Shown: positions 23,936 through 37,664, numbered from the stretch's first letter. The stretch: DNA of 64,000 bases from Podarcis filfolensis (GCA_964270895.1 OZ185439.1), one strand, 5' to 3'. Notes: generated by a model not told the origin, from the letters alone. Translations and numbers: made by a program.

Positions 23936-24454
23936 GTGAGGAAAAAGTTCTCCTATTATTATTGAATTCAAGGAAATAATCAATAAACATTGGCTTATTG
24001 CATCCTTTATTAATTTTTATTTATTTATACATTATATACACCTAGCCTTTAGGGTTACAAATCCTACAAGGCATCTTACAAGCAAATTAAAGAAATAAAA
24101 ATGAAATCACAATATCAAATCAAATGATACTTTTTGCCTCCCCTGTTTGAAAAACAACGATATTTTTCTGTTCAGTGCCACCAAGTGAATGTATGGAGTA
24201 CACAGGCAAAGCTGAAGAAGCTCAAGCATGTGTATCTCTTTCCTAAATTGTCGTAATATTGTTACCGAACAAAAACAACACAAGAAGCTGCATGTTGATC
24301 TGCAATTCTCTAGAGAAGGAAAACCTGTCCTGTGGCTGTCTAGATGTTGCCACGATAAACCTCCAATCACTTCTGTTCATTGGTCATCCAGCCTGAGGAT
24401 GATGGTGGGGTTAGCTATTGAGAAGCAATTGTATTTTAATTTGTATTTTTATGC

Positions 24455-24529
<75 letters not shown>

Positions 24530-24530
24530 A
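24455..24530. repeat. Compound (TG)4(TA)21(TG)12 microsatellite
   Basis: Read directly. Confidence 0.93.
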
Positions 24531-26325
24531 TTCTTAATTAATTGTGTATACCACACTTCAGTCATAGATCTCAGGGCGGTCCACAGCATAAAAATACAAG
24601 ATAAACACACAAAACACACAATAAAGACAAGAACGAGAATGAAACAGTAACCCTCCCTAAGAGGCTTCAGTGTAAGTGATGCACATATCTGCTGAATGTG
24701 ACTATTCCTACTAACGTTGTCGCTGCTGCTGCTGCTGGTATCTGGGCAGACCAGGCTGCTATTTTGTGCACATTGCAAGAGTTGGACTAGTTATCTTGGT
24801 GATGGTCACATAACAAGAGTCCTTCTGTATTTTTGCTTTGAACTTATATGGATAGTAGTTTCTTAAATAAATATTGCTAGAAGCTGCACTGGGGTGAAAT
24901 AGCTGGCACACACAACATAGACAGGCACCTTTTGTAGCTCAGCCTGAAGGTGGCGCTGTTGGCTTTCCTGTCTTGTAGCAACCCAAATCCTTGTAACATA
25001 AATCTAGGTTTATTTCATAATTTATCGAGCAGAAATGTGAGGCTGCATGCCAAGAGGCAACATGTTAATGCAGGCTTATAAGCTCCCACGTCTTAAACAG
25101 AGTTTGTTGATGAAAATGACAGTTAAATAACTGGAGGGTTGTTTTGTGTTTACGATGAAGATTATGTAAAAATGGTGGACGGGGTTCTTTGCTTTCCTTG
25201 TTTATATGCTACTGGCCTGCTTTTTGCTGTGATGGGTGGGGCTCTTTATTGTATTGTGGTCAATGGAAGGACTTGAGGGTGCTCCTGGAGAAGAAGGTAT
25301 TTCTCTCTGTGACCTGAACGTTGTCTCTCCTCGCAGCATCTCTGTCAGGCTTCCCTCTCTTCACCAAGAGCACCCACAAGGCCAGGGCCTTAGCTTTCCC
25401 CACAGAAGTGAATGGCAACCATTCGCTTAAACAGGATAAAAAGGGCTCCACTCAGATGCCAATCCCTGCGCTTTGCCATCCCAAACCTTTGAAAACCAGG
25501 CCTGCTGTTATCTGCATGGCTTTGCAGAGCAGCTGGTGGCCCTCCAGGCTCAGGAACTGGAGCCCAACATCTGGAGGGGCACCAGGTTGGGCAACACTGG
25601 GCTACGGCTTGAGACTTTTAGATACTGTTTAAAAATTGCCCCACGTTTCTGTCCAAAATTTGACATCCACAGTAGCTGATAACAAATGGAATAAAGCAGA
25701 CAGAAAAACTATAGTAAGGATCGAAGGACCAATTTCTCCAAAACTCCCCTGAGCTGCCAGCCAGGAAAAGAAGCAAAGATGTCAGTAGCTGTCCTCCTTC
25801 CCTGGGAGGTACAATGGAGGTGCAGCTAGAGACTGAAAAAGCACTTTCACGCATGGCTGTCTGGCAAATTTCAGTCAGCAGCAGGAGAAGATGATCAGAT
25901 CTCTGATGCTGAGGGCAAGAGAAGCACGTGGCATGGGAAGAGGCAGCTCTTACATCTTGAGTAGTTCTTTTTATCTGCATTAACCACTATAAATGGCACC
26001 CAAGGCACCTGCACAAGTTGAAAATAAACAGCTCCTTCAGGTGACCTGTTTACTGAGCCTTTATCCTGATTTTATGCAGCAGTTATACAATGCCTGCTCT
26101 TTGTTGAACATCCATTCCAATTGATTTGTTGGGAGATTATACATTTTCCCATCAACCAATCATTTCCCCACACATTTTAATGCATTTCCTCCTCACTTTC
26201 CTAACTGTGAAAGGTGGTGGTGTACCCTCCCCCAGTGGATTGCTGCACCAGAGTGCTTTAATCCACTTTAATTGCACAAACTGATATTGTCCAGAATGCA
26301 ACTGAATCCTTCCTGAAAACCAGTA

Positions 26326-26543
26326 CAGTGGTACCTCAGGTTAAGTACTTAATTCGTTCTGGAGGTCCGTACTTAACCTGAAACTGTTCTTAACCTGAAG
26401 CACCACTTTAGCTAATGGGGCCTCCTGCTGCCGTCACGGCACGATTTCTGTTCTCATCCTGAAGCAAAGTTCTTAACCTGAAGCACTATTTCTGGGTTAG
26501 CGGAGTCTGTAACCTGAAGTGTATGTAACCCGAGGTACCACTA
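26326..26543. mobile_element. Tc1/mariner-type MITE, copy 3
   Basis: TA|CAGTGGTACCTCAGGTTAAG...TAACCCGAGGTACCACTA|TA. Confidence 0.92.
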
Positions 26544-29264
26544 TAACCACCTCCAGGGGAACCTTGTACTTAAGAGTTACTAAAAGCCAACAATAAAAAG
26601 CAGCAGCCCGTTGAGTGAAAAATGCCCCACAAGCCAGATCAGTCCACAGGAAACATCCTTAGAACGCAAATGTCTTCGCCTGATGGCAAAATACTGTTCA
26701 AGGGCGGCTGCAGGGGAGCAGGAGAGATTGGTTTCCTTGGGGAGTGCATTCCACGATGCGGATGCCACTTTGAAGAATGGCCACTCTGTGCCCTCCTCAC
26801 GGAGCTCCCCTGGTTGAAAGAGGGGAAACAAAGAGGAGCTTTGTAAGCACAGATGACTATCATACCATTGGTTTACAATATATACCGATATGTAAACAGA
26901 CATTTCAGGTTCTGTCTCATTGCTTTCTGCTGTATGAGGATCACTCTTTGGTATTTTTGCTTAAATGGCTCAATCTCTTCGCCTGACAAGCTCCCCTTCC
27001 CGCTGGGGTTGCCAGGTCTCCCAAGCTCTGATGGTTAAAGTTCTGGAGCCTAACTAGGGAAGAAGGGGGTGCAACACAGCAAATGGCCAGAGATATCGTC
27101 TTTGGGATCAGTGGGCAAAACCCCACCACATTTGGGGGCTCAGGGCAGAGCCTGATGGATAGGGAACACCTATACAACTATGGTTGGCAAAATTATCTGT
27201 CTGGCCCCCCCCATATTCTAAGCTTTGGCACAGAAAACAGTTTCTGGGGCTGAGCCCTGGTGAATTTTGGCTGTGATTTATCTGTGCCCTCAAAATTTAG
27301 CTCACTTTAGCCTAGGCTGGTGATGGTCACAATATACATGCTGTACCAGGCTGGGAAAGAACTAGACATGCAGGATTCTCCTGCTGATTTCTAAGCTTGG
27401 GTTCCGAGACCTGGCTGGCCCCTTTGCAAAGAGCCCCAAAGTTTAGCAGTTCATTCTGCAAGATATTCCTTGTAGCCTTAAATCACGGCTGAACTAGGGG
27501 AAAGGGTAAACAGAAGTAAAGCCTCAGCTTGTTCTCCTTAAGCCTTTTTACAGACTTTCTGCTACATACCTTTTTGTTTTGTTTAGTTCCGCCCCCCCCC
27601 CTCGTACCTTTTAACCAGCTGTCAATGAAGAATTCGTTTTCAGCTTGTACAAAAAGGTCCTATTAAAGCCTGGGGTATTAGAGAGCACTATGCAGCTTTT
27701 TCCCTCTGCTCTGTGTTGGGGTTCCGTAATACCACCTGTGTTCAGGCAGGGCATTCAACTGCAGGATGTTTTCTCTCCTTTTCCTCCCCCCCCCCCGGCC
27801 CCAACCAGGCACTTACACACTTACGTTTGGTTAATGGAAAATGAAACTTTTGCCCTTGAACATTGCTGTTAGTAGGAAACTTTTTCTGAAACCAACACCG
27901 TCAGGATATTATGATGGGGCTCACATTCGAAGACTGGCCCTATAGCAGGCATATGGTTGGGTAATCACAGGCTTTCAATCTACTTTCTGTCTGACGGCAT
28001 TTAATTTCTAGAAAAAGGAGACGTCAGGTGTGTTTCGGAACCCCTTTTCCCCAGCAATCAAACTCCAGGGCTCTTCCTGCTTCCTCTGATCCTGCCTCTT
28101 TTCACTGGGAAAACCTGCTTTTTACCACTGAATTGGATCGACGCTTGCTCCGATTCAGCGGTCAAGTGTGGCCATTCCCAGGGAAAAGAGGTGGAGCAAA
28201 AAGGAAAACCACTCTGACCCATGCCTAGAAAGCAGGGGACATAGTGGTAAACCTCTCAAACTTGTGCTTTTTAGTGTAGACAAACAAATCCAAAATTGTA
28301 TTAGGAGAGCATTTATCGAAAGCAAGAGGAGACAGTGGCGAGTCAATGGTCCTCTGCATCCACGGCCATCTGGTTTTGTGCCTTACTGTTCCAGGGCTCA
28401 GTTTAGGCACTAAAAACAGATACTGGAACTGTGCCCTGATGTGCTCTGGCATAAATTAGGCCCTGCAATTAGCCTTATGAAAGCATAGCAAAATAATTAT
28501 TCCTCTCTTCATCTGCATAGCCAGAACTGTGCGCAGGTATTAATTCTGCAGAGAAGGCACAGAATAGAGAGTGGGATGCTGAATTGAAGCTGAGTCAAAG
28601 GGCTTCTTCTCACATAGCAGGCAGAGGAGGCTTGCTTTGTGTCCAAGGGCTTTTCCCCCTTGCCCTGAGCTTTCCCCACAATGCACCACTTTTTACCACC
28701 GAATTGGAGCAAATGTCAGTTGAGGATTTCCACAGATTCCCGTTTGCTCTGATTCCGCTTTAAAGACTGGAAAACTCTGGAGCAAAAAAGGGGTGCTTGG
28801 AAGGGGAGCTTTAACTAGCAGAGCAGGCCTGGAAAGAGCAGAGCAAAGCTAAGTGTGACTAAGACCAAACTGGGGGCAAGATGATGTAGAAGCCCCCTTT
28901 CCTAGTCTTATTCTTGGAATTTGGTCAGGAATTAGAATGCACAGCAGCTGAAAAGGATTCGTTCTTCAGAAATTCTGCTTAAAATAGCAGCTCTCATCTC
29001 TAGGTAATGATGGATGGATTGTGCAATGGCTTCTGGGCCCAATCCTCTGAATTAGCCCTTTATTTTCCCTGGTAAATTGAATCACGCAGACGTGGCCTGG
29101 TGTGTGCCATGGTGCGGCTTATAGTCAAGAAATGGTCAAGGAGTGGCACTTGCCACAGCCTTGGTGACATGACTATGCTATTCAGTTATGAACAGGATCC
29201 TGCTCTCTCTCCCCCTCCACTCCCTCTCTTTGTGTCTCCCCTGAAACTAGAATTTGGGGCTACC

Positions 29265-29590
29265 CAGCTATATTGATTGGCAGTGGAATTAGGTAAAAAT
29301 AAGCACTTCTTTACACAACACATGATTAGTTTGGATGGTCCACAGTTGTAAGATGTGGCAGTGGTGATGAGGTTCTTTAAAAAGGATAGGTCTATCAATG
29401 GATATTAGCTATGACAGATGAAACCTCCATGTTCAGAGGTAGTAGAGCTGAATACACTGACAAAAAGATGTGGGTGTTGCCTTTATGCCTTTCCTGTAAA
29501 CTTCTGAAATAGTCAACCTGACCACCGTTCGAAAAACAACACTGGACTAGATGGGCCTTTGGCCAGTCCAGCAGTTTTTATGTTCCCATG
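29265..29590 (+). mobile_element. CR1 LINE 3' fragment (ORF2 end plus 3'UTR)
   Basis: attgattggcagt...aagcacttctttacacaacac... through ctggactagatgggcctttggcc...tttttatgttc. Confidence 0.7.
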
Positions 29591-29659
29591 TACTTACCAA
29601 AGCTGAAATGGCGCTAAATAATGTGCAGCAAGGGTGTGTCCCCATAATTATTTGCAAAT

Positions 29660-29705
29660 TTGCAAATTTGTTTGTCTTTAAGGTGCCACAAGATTCTTTG
29701 CAATA
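29660..29705 (+). mobile_element. Short Penelope-like (PLE) terminal remnant
   Basis: aaatttgtttgtctttaaggtgccacaagattctttg resembles gttggtctttaaggtgcta in the 60.1-kb element and sauropsid PLE ends as recalled. Confidence 0.45.
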
Positions 29706-30711
29706 CGTGCAGTGTGGTTTGAACTCTCCAAATTCCATATTCAGCGTAAGGCTAATGTTCCATCAGCACAAGGGTTTTTCTTGTGCTGTGTAATTTTCTC
29801 CCTCTCTCCTCTCCCCACGTGCCCCCTTAATCTGTTCTTGGGGTTCCCCCCACCCTCCAGAGCAGATTTAGAGATGGTGGGGGGGCAGGAGGAGGGGAAG
29901 TCCTGTTGCACTAGTGGGAATCCTTGCACTGGCTTCCACTAGCAGTATGATTCAGTTGAATATGGCCCAACACATTTTTATTAAGTATGTCCCAATTAGT
30001 GCAACCAAACTAACCAAAGCAAAATATTTCATGGTATGGTGAAGAAAATTAGTAAATCCAGAAAGCTGAGTGAGACATGAATACAAACACAAATGTTGCA
30101 TTAAGAGCGTTGTCCCATCTAATTGACATGGACTGTGTGTGCTAAGATGTCAGAGTCCACTTTTGGCACAAGAAGGAAACAGGAGTCCGCAACCTCAACT
30201 GATGCAATTGGCAGGTAACATTTAGCCTTTTGGTTGGCCAGTCTTTCCAGAATAGGTCCCTGGCTCCTGCTTTTGTATAGTTCAAGTGATCTGCTTGCTT
30301 CACTTCAGATCTAGTGGCCTCGGGGATCCTGTGCTGGATTCCAGGTCTAGATTCTGGGACGATGCTCTGCAGCTCCGCATATTGCCAGCTCAGGAGTATT
30401 TGCGAGGAATGAGTTAAACAACAGAATGGCTCTTTTAAGTTTAAGATGCAAGGTTATTAGCAAACTGGCTAAGTGATACAAAATACAAGCAGAAACCAGA
30501 CATGAAGGTGAACTGCCTGAGGGGCTGACATATTTTGAAGGCGGGCAAGAGGGAGGGAAATGTAATTATATCTTACAGCAACATAAATGAGCCAAAAGAA
30601 TACCTTCAGCATCTGTCTGCAGTACCAGAAATCCCGATGAGGAGAAGCGTTAGAAGACAAACAATGCTAAGTTTAAAACCAGCGCCCTCCTGGCACTTGC
30701 AATGAGCAATG

Positions 30712-31185
30712 TTAGATAATCTCTATATTTTCCCCATTCTTTTTGGAATTTTTGTTTAGATCATCCCCTAATTGTATCTGTCATTTTGGCCAATTCAAGG
30801 TAATAAAATAATTTATCTTGCCTCTCTTTTTTTGTTGGTACTATCTCTTTTTTCCAATTAAGATTCTCGCTACTGATGTTGCATACAGGAATATTCTCTT
30901 ATTTTCACTTGCAATGTTGGAGTCTAATATGCCCAGCGGAAAAGCTTCTGTCTCTCTTTTTTTTATAAAGGTTTGTTTAAATATTTTCTTCCGCTTATCA
31001 TATACCATATCCCAGAAGCTCTTAATTTTATTACAGGTCCACCACATGTGTAGCAGCGTCCCCTCTGCTTGATTACACCTCCAACACATTTTGGATTTTG
31101 TTTTATACATCTTGAATATTTTGCTAGGTGTTATGTACCATCTATAAAACATCTTTAGAAAAATTTCCTTTATGGCTCCTGCTTC
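30712..31185 (-). mobile_element. L1-clade LINE ORF2 C-terminal fragment
   Basis: KMFYRWYITPSKI...CWRCNQAEGTLLHMWWTCNKIKSFW...YATSVARILIGKK zinc-knuckle region, continuing YLELAKMT...EWGKYRDYL. Homologous to the 1441-2205 element. Confidence 0.88.
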
Positions 31186-33234
31186 CCTTCTTTGCCACCT
31201 TCTGCAAGGCCAAATTTTATTTTCTCTTTTTGTGCAAGAGCACAAAAAGAGCTACTTTAAAAATAGAAACATCATGGATGTGCCTCCAGCAACAGCCAGT
31301 GAGAAAAGGAAGGCTGTATCCTTTCCCTTTGGCTAATGAAAACCAAATGGAAGTAGTGGTTTCGGTAGCAGGCTGTGTGGCAGGAAAGCATCACCACACA
31401 TGGAAGAAAACTCCACACCTACACCACATGCAGCGTGCAATTTTGTATTGACTTTTCTGCCCTTATTCAATTATTCACGGATTGGGATAATTCAGATTTA
31501 TCAGAGAGGAATTGCGGCTGTCACTTGAATGAGGAGGATTTCATGAGAAGGATATTTAAGAATAAGCATAGAAGAGACACAGGAAGCTTCAGCTCCACAT
31601 TAAACTTCAGTGTGGATGAGCCCAAAGTTATTAGCCAAGAAAACCAACAACCTTTATATCAAGCTCAGCAGAAAATGCCCAGTTCTCTCACTCTCTTGCC
31701 TCCCACTTTTGGTTCTGGCCCCTCACTGTGTGACCTGACATGTGTGCCTCACTCCCACAGTCTAGTCCAATCTTTGGGAGAAGTGGGTTTGTTGCACGAG
31801 ACCTCCCAGTCACCAATTTGTCAGTGTGTGATTGCCTCCACGCAAAGAGAGTGATGGTTTGGAAGGGCCTTGTGACTGACCTCAGACCAGAAGTGTGGCA
31901 GAGTGAGCCTTCAAACTGTGAGCCCTGGTCTCCCCTGTTTATCGAATATTTTTGCCAGGGTTGGTTCTTGAAGACCAGGTCATTCTCCAGGCACTAGGAT
32001 GATGGTGTTTGTCATGCTTGCCTTGAAGAGAGTCTTACAAGCCCTTGAGATTCACATGACTGTATCAGGAAATCTTGGCACCTTCACGAAGCAAGAGTTA
32101 CTCACTGAGCTTTGTAACATTTGTATACCAGAGTTCCAGTGCAGTGTTGTCAAGTTCCACTGATGTGCCTCCTCAGATGAGGCTGCATGCTGGGCCCAAG
32201 GGCCTTTGCCTTGCCCTGTTGCAGGTAGAGTGGCAGGCTGTGTCTGAATAAAGGCAGGTCTGATCCTGCTGCTCTCTCAGCATGGTTGACAGATGCAGCA
32301 TCCCAGCCTGGAATGTACCTGTTGACAGGAGAGCGATGTTGTCCTTCTTGCTTTGACACAGCAACTGACATAGCACAGAAAGTGAAACTTCAGTGCATGT
32401 AACTGTAGTTGTTATTTTAGCCTTAGTTCTTGCATTTCCCCCGCTCCCAGGATGGCTAGCTACCCATAAAACACAACAGTTAAAACGGTGCTGAAAATCG
32501 CAACAAAAACCCAACATTTTCACCCCCCCAAAATGGGACTTCAGTGCTCATCAGCAGGGTTGTGCCCAAGCACTGGACCTTTGGCACTGGACCTTTGCCA
32601 AGTGTCAGAGTGCCGGAATGAAAGGCTTTCTGGCGCTCAGCAGTCGGATGCACCGGAGCTCTGGTGAGACCCTGCTGGCTTGCACCACAACAAAAAACGG
32701 GAAATCCCAGGATGCAAACAGAAGCTGGGATTGGCTTCTGTGATTCCCGGATGTCCCCCTTAAAACAGGACAGTTGAGGGGTATGTAATACAGCCCCACA
32801 CAACACAGTAATCAAAGGCATAAAGTAATCAGTGCTGCAGTTGGCTCAATAGGACAGGGGTGTGGAAGCAAATTGTCTCCCCTATCGCTGTGGGTCAAAA
32901 CTCAGAGAAGGGTGGGGTTATCCAACTATCAATCACCTGACGGTGATGTCCGGTGACCCTTTTTCACCTCTATGGTTTGAAATCAAACTATGTGGGGAAA
33001 TGTGCAGCTTGCAAAATGCTTTGAAAGAACCAAGTGCCAGCTGATACTTGGGTCTTGTGGAGCACTTTGCAAGAGGCTTTGCAAGACCCAGTGATCAGGT
33101 GAAGGTCAGCTGGGGTGTGGTATGGGCCAAAAATGGCCTTATGGGCCAAATGAGGAGGCCTGAGGGGCTCCATTAGGCCAGAGGTCCCCCCCTTCAGTAA
33201 GGCCACTCTATGATCTGAAGGCCTGTGCAAATAA

Positions 33235-33620
33235 ATAGGTTTTTAGCTGTCACTTGAATGAAAATCAGTTTGGGGCCACCAGATCTGTACAGGGAGGGAA
33301 TTCTGCAGACGGTGCTGCCCCTGAGAATGCCCTACAGGGCTCCCCATCAGATCTGAGAACCTGGGTTGACAGGTGAGAGACGCCACCACATAAAGTACTT
33401 TGGGTCTAAGCTCTTCAAGTCATTATGTACCTTGAATTGGGCCTTGATAAAGAGACCAATCTTGTCACTGGAAGTCCATGTGGCCTCACTGGGAGGAGGG
33501 CCTATGCCCAGTTTCAGATTTAGATGGAGGTAGCTTGGCTACAGTAATCCAGTCTCTGAGAACTTCCCGGTTGTATTTCTGAGATGCCCTCCACATTGGA
33601 CTTCTCTTGAAGAGCGCTAC
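33235..33620 (-). mobile_element. Old L2-clade LINE fragment
   Basis: Minus-strand RLDYCS (L2 RLDYCN motif) and downstream aattcaaggtaca...agggcattctc...aattccctcc remnants. Confidence 0.55.
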
Positions 33621-33761
33621 AAGGACACTGCCCATTTGCTGCTTGGGGCAGCAAGGTGGCATTGCATGACCCCAATTGGCAGAGTATTGCACTGGCTGCC
33701 AGTGGGCTACCAGGACTCTTTAACCTCTTTAACTTGTCCCCAGTGTTGATGCTATAACAGA

Positions 33762-34926
33762 GGTTCACATCTTCAAAATCTCTGCTGAGCTGAACATTTT
33801 GGTACAGAGTTGCTTCTTTCAGTTATTGGAATCCAACAGTGGCATTTAATTTAGAAAGACATGTAGAGTTTAAGGAAAGATTATTTGATATATATTCCAT
33901 TTCCCAGTTCATACTAGTGGTGGGGTTTTTTTTGGGGGGGGGTGATCTGATTTTTGCTGACCTTTCAGCCTTTGTGTAGTTTCAAACAAAGCCCTGACGA
34001 AAAATGAGTTGCTATTCTACTAGGACTCCAAATCTGCATCCAAAATGTATGCTAGGCAGCCATGTCTCTTCCAGCTTGACCCGCCTCCACTCCAGTATCC
34101 TGAATATTGCAATAAGCAAGATGTCAGGCAGGAGAGGATAATAGGGTAACAAGAGCAGAGGAGGAATAGACAGGAGAAGCCATGGCTGCTTCATCTCTGA
34201 CTGGATCAAGGAGGGATCCAACCTTGCCTACTGACCAGGGTATATGCAGAGTGAGAAAGAAATTGTCTGGATTAAATGATTGCATCCTATGGATTCACGT
34301 GTCATAGGTTAGAAGCTAATGCCAAAGAGAGAACGCGCTTCCATAGCCAGGGCTGTATTCCAGGGAGATTCCCTAATCCTCCACCCCCATCTCAGTTCCT
34401 GCCAATACCAGTCAATTTTATAAGAGAGGGGAATCCGTCCAAGGAAATGAATCTTATGTGTAACATTTTAGGGACTGGGGGGGGGGGGAAGGATGCTTAA
34501 AAAGAGAGGTGTGTTTATGGAATATGGCAAGCAAAATGAATGTGGTGAAAAGTCTGCTATTTCTCAGCATGCTGAAGATATTAGTCAGTATTTAAGTAGG
34601 ACAAAACTCTAAGGTCATCACGGCATTCAGAAAAAAGGGTGCTGACAGCTGGCATAAGCAAACGTTTATCTCTCCCATCAGATCCTAAGCCAATGTGTTC
34701 TTAGGGAATTGGTAGGAGACTGCTTCTGGAATGCCATACACGCTGCCGAGCTCTCCACTTTTGAAACATGACCTCAACTAAGATCTAAATGGGACACATA
34801 TCAAATAATCCTTCCTTAAACTGTACGTTTCCTTCCAAATTAAATGCCACTGTTGGATTCTAATAACTGAAAGAAGCAATTCTATACCAAAATGTTCAGC
34901 TCAGCAGGGGTTTTGAATATGTGACC
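33762..34926. repeat. Dispersed inverted repeat pair (arms 33762-33902 and 34787-34926)
   Basis: Hand alignment gives 125/141 identical, with 1 gap and an 884-bp spacer. Confidence 0.92.
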
Positions 34927-35927
34927 CTTCCTTATTCTGTATTTTGCACTTTCAGAAACTGACAGTGTAGGAGACAGTCAGCCATGTGTTCTGTTCATGG
35001 CGGAGGGCAGCAGACTGCAGGGAGAGAAGCAGAAGATGCTGTCAGGCAACCACAGGCCAGAGCCCTGTTAGTATTGGGGGTTTTCATAGCAGAAAGCAGT
35101 TTGAAAGGCAGATTATATGCAACTATATATAAAATAGTCACCGAACAATATATATGACCAGCCAGCAATAAATATCCACTGGGCAGCTTACAAACAATAT
35201 TTAAATTTCTTTTTATTATTAAACTCAACAATCAGTAAGACAGCACCTGCAACCCCCTGTTGCAGCTTCTGGTAAATGGATTTTGTGGGGGGTTTTCTTC
35301 TTAAATTATTTCAAAAATCTGTTTATCCCAACTTAACAATGAAAGGAAAGGAACATTGGTGTTCATTGTGGCAATCAAAGCTTCTCTGAAGCTACAGTCT
35401 TTTTCCAAGTTTAGTTGCTTGTTTCCATTGTGAACAGTATATTTTCTACAGAGGAAGGCACCAGGGGTGGCCTATCCTGTTTTGGCACCTGAGATCAAAT
35501 GGTAAGGTGCCCCCACCATGGCGTGCTTACCAGGACTGTGCAGAGGTGGCTTCCAGGTTCTGGAAGTAGGGCTCCCCCCTTGTGTGTGTGTGGGGGGGGA
35601 AGAGGCACCCATGCCACTGCCAGAAAAGTGAGATGTGAGAAAAGACAGCAGCAGCAAAATCTTGTGCAGAGTCCTGTGAGATCTCGCAAGAGCTCTTTAG
35701 GATCTCATGAGATTTTGCGGGGCTCTTGCAAGATCTTGCCAGAACCTGCTGCTGCTTCTCCAGTGATGGCGGATGGGGGCCTGTTGGGGGTGTGTGCTCC
35801 ATTGAGATTCTGCTGCCTGAGGGAGGTGCTTCAATCTGCCTCATGGGAGGGCTGGCCTTGAAAAACACAAACCTTGAAATGTGCAACAAGTGGGTGAGGT
35901 AAGAGCTTTCCCACTCCAATATCTCTC

Positions 35928-36081
35928 TGCTCCAGTGGGAAGGTAAACGGCGTTTCCGTGCGCTGCTCTGGTTCGCTGGCCAATAGTATGTCAGCTCCCT
36001 CTGCCAATAAAGCAAGATGAGCGCCGCAACCCCAGAGTCATCCCCAACTGGACCTAATGGTCAGGGGTCCCTTTACCTTTA
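35928..36081 (+). mobile_element. 5'-truncated, internally deleted Sauria-type SINE
   Basis: gctccagtgggaaggtaaacggcgtttccgtgcgctgctctggttcg...gccaataaagcaagatgagcgccgcaaccccagagtc...ggtccctttacctttaa. Confidence 0.9.
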
Positions 36082-37237
36082 AGAGTTGAGTACCATTAAT
36101 GCATCTTTCAGATTCACTACAGTTTTCATAATAAATGTTTAAAGATTTATTGATAGCTAGAAATGCCACCCAAGTTTGAGAAAGTGACATACTCTGGAGC
36201 CAAGAGGGAAATGGTTTGAGGGCATTACAAGCAAACAAAAATCTTCTGCTACACTGTCCGTGGAACTTTTCATCACTTGTGGTAGTGGAGAGCAAACCTT
36301 TTTGTATAAGGAAGAAAACAGAGCCCATCAATGTCCCTATGTGCTTAAGAAAAAAACAAAAACAGTGTCTTTAATACTTTCTCAACCTCTGAGCCGCTCA
36401 CTTTGTGTTCAGCTTCCATGAGATAGACACGTTTCTGGATTTGGTTAATTTGGTTATTCTGAAACACCATGTATGTAGTATATAAAGGGGAAAATTTTAA
36501 ATGTTAATGCTTTTTCATTGTTATTTCCATTATTTATATATTGATTTACTGCATGGCGCTTTACAAAGCAAACAAAACAAAGTGAAGTGCAAAAGAGGCC
36601 TCTGCCCTGATTAGCCTACAGCCAAAAGTCTGCCACCAGGAGAGTCAGGAAAGGAACTAACCATGCTCTTCAGAAGGTCCCCTGCTCCTGCAGCTACATC
36701 TACTTAGGCCTTATTCTGCTGGAGATGAGGACCAGCAAAGCTCGCCCAAAGGCACCATGGAAGAGGAAGGTTTTAGCCTGGGGTGTGAAGGGCGAGAAGC
36801 CACCTCCCAGGTGTTCTCAGAGGCATTGTGAACACATCTGCAAATGGCTCTTTGTTTGCAGCATATTCAGTCCACCCTTCTCTTTAGAAACTACATTCAT
36901 GGTGGCATTTTTCTCCATAGTGTCTTCTAAACTTCCTTGCTGCCACAGCTTCTTGTCTTCACCACCTGGAGCAGGGCATCAATGAATTGATCTTCATAAC
37001 TGTGTCATTTCATGTGGTTGGGAGCAGTGCTTAAGATCCTCTGGTCCCAAATTACTTTAAAATAAAAGCCAGTCCTCTGAAACAGACTGCTAAAACAGCA
37101 GAGCACCTCTCCTGAAGGCCCCATTCTTCCTGTCAACAGCCTGGTAGTCGCATTGTAGGCAAACTGAAGTTTTCAAACTTGCCTCCAAAGGTAGGTTTTT
37201 GTACAGAATATTACAGGAATCTAACCTGAAGGGGTTC

Positions 37238-37305
37238 CTGCACTGCAGGGGATTGGACTAGATGACCCTTGGTGGTCCCTCCCAACACTACTCTTCTATA
37301 ATTCT
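37238..37305 (+). mobile_element. CR1-type SINE tail fragment
   Basis: cctgcactgcaggggattggactagatgacccttggtggtccctcccaacacta... Confidence 0.7.
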
Positions 37306-37524
37306 GCGACCAGGGCATGCATGATGACTATGGCCTGTTGCACAGCCTGGGAGATAGGCTGGAAGCTTGTGACACTCCATAACCCAAAGGCCACAGAATG
37401 GAATAGCCACATCCCCTGTGGGAAATGACCTGACCAGAAGGACTAAGGTCATTACTCAGTATGGCAGAGCTGAGCCCAGTTGTATTTGTGGCACTAATTC
37501 TTCTTCCTCCTCCTCAACCCACAG

Positions 37525-37664
37525 GTGTGGTTCGCCAGGTGAAACCCATCATTGGCCCCTTCCATGCTACCTTGAAGCTGGAGATGAACTACGTCATTGG
37601 AGGGGTTGTCTCACACCGCAACGTTGTCAACGTGCACATCTTTGTTTCGGAGTACTGGTTCTGA
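37525..37664 (+). CDS. FBLN1: Fibulin-1 isoform D terminal exon 17
   Basis: ccacag|GT, 140 nt to [49 protein letters not shown], near-identical to the human 1D C-terminus as recalled. Confidence 0.97.

Noticed and set aside
31375-31854. 159-aa + strand ORF with a protein-like middle (DWDNSDLSERNCGC...FMRRIFKNKH)
   Set aside because: No recognisable family and no convincing flanking splice sites. A tBLASTn against vertebrate genomes showing codon-level conservation would revive it.
1441-33620. Strict antisense bias of LINE fragments inside FBLN1
   Set aside because: Several are antisense, but the CR1 ends at 20517 and 29265 are sense, and the numbers are too small to claim a bias.
35462-35860. 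Possible GC-rich hAT MITE with repeated GAGATCTCGC-like motifs (similar vague blocks near 11790-12160, 16240-16720 and 27060-27320)
   Set aside because: They look repeat-like, but I could not define matching TIRs or a TSD by eye, so they are not called.
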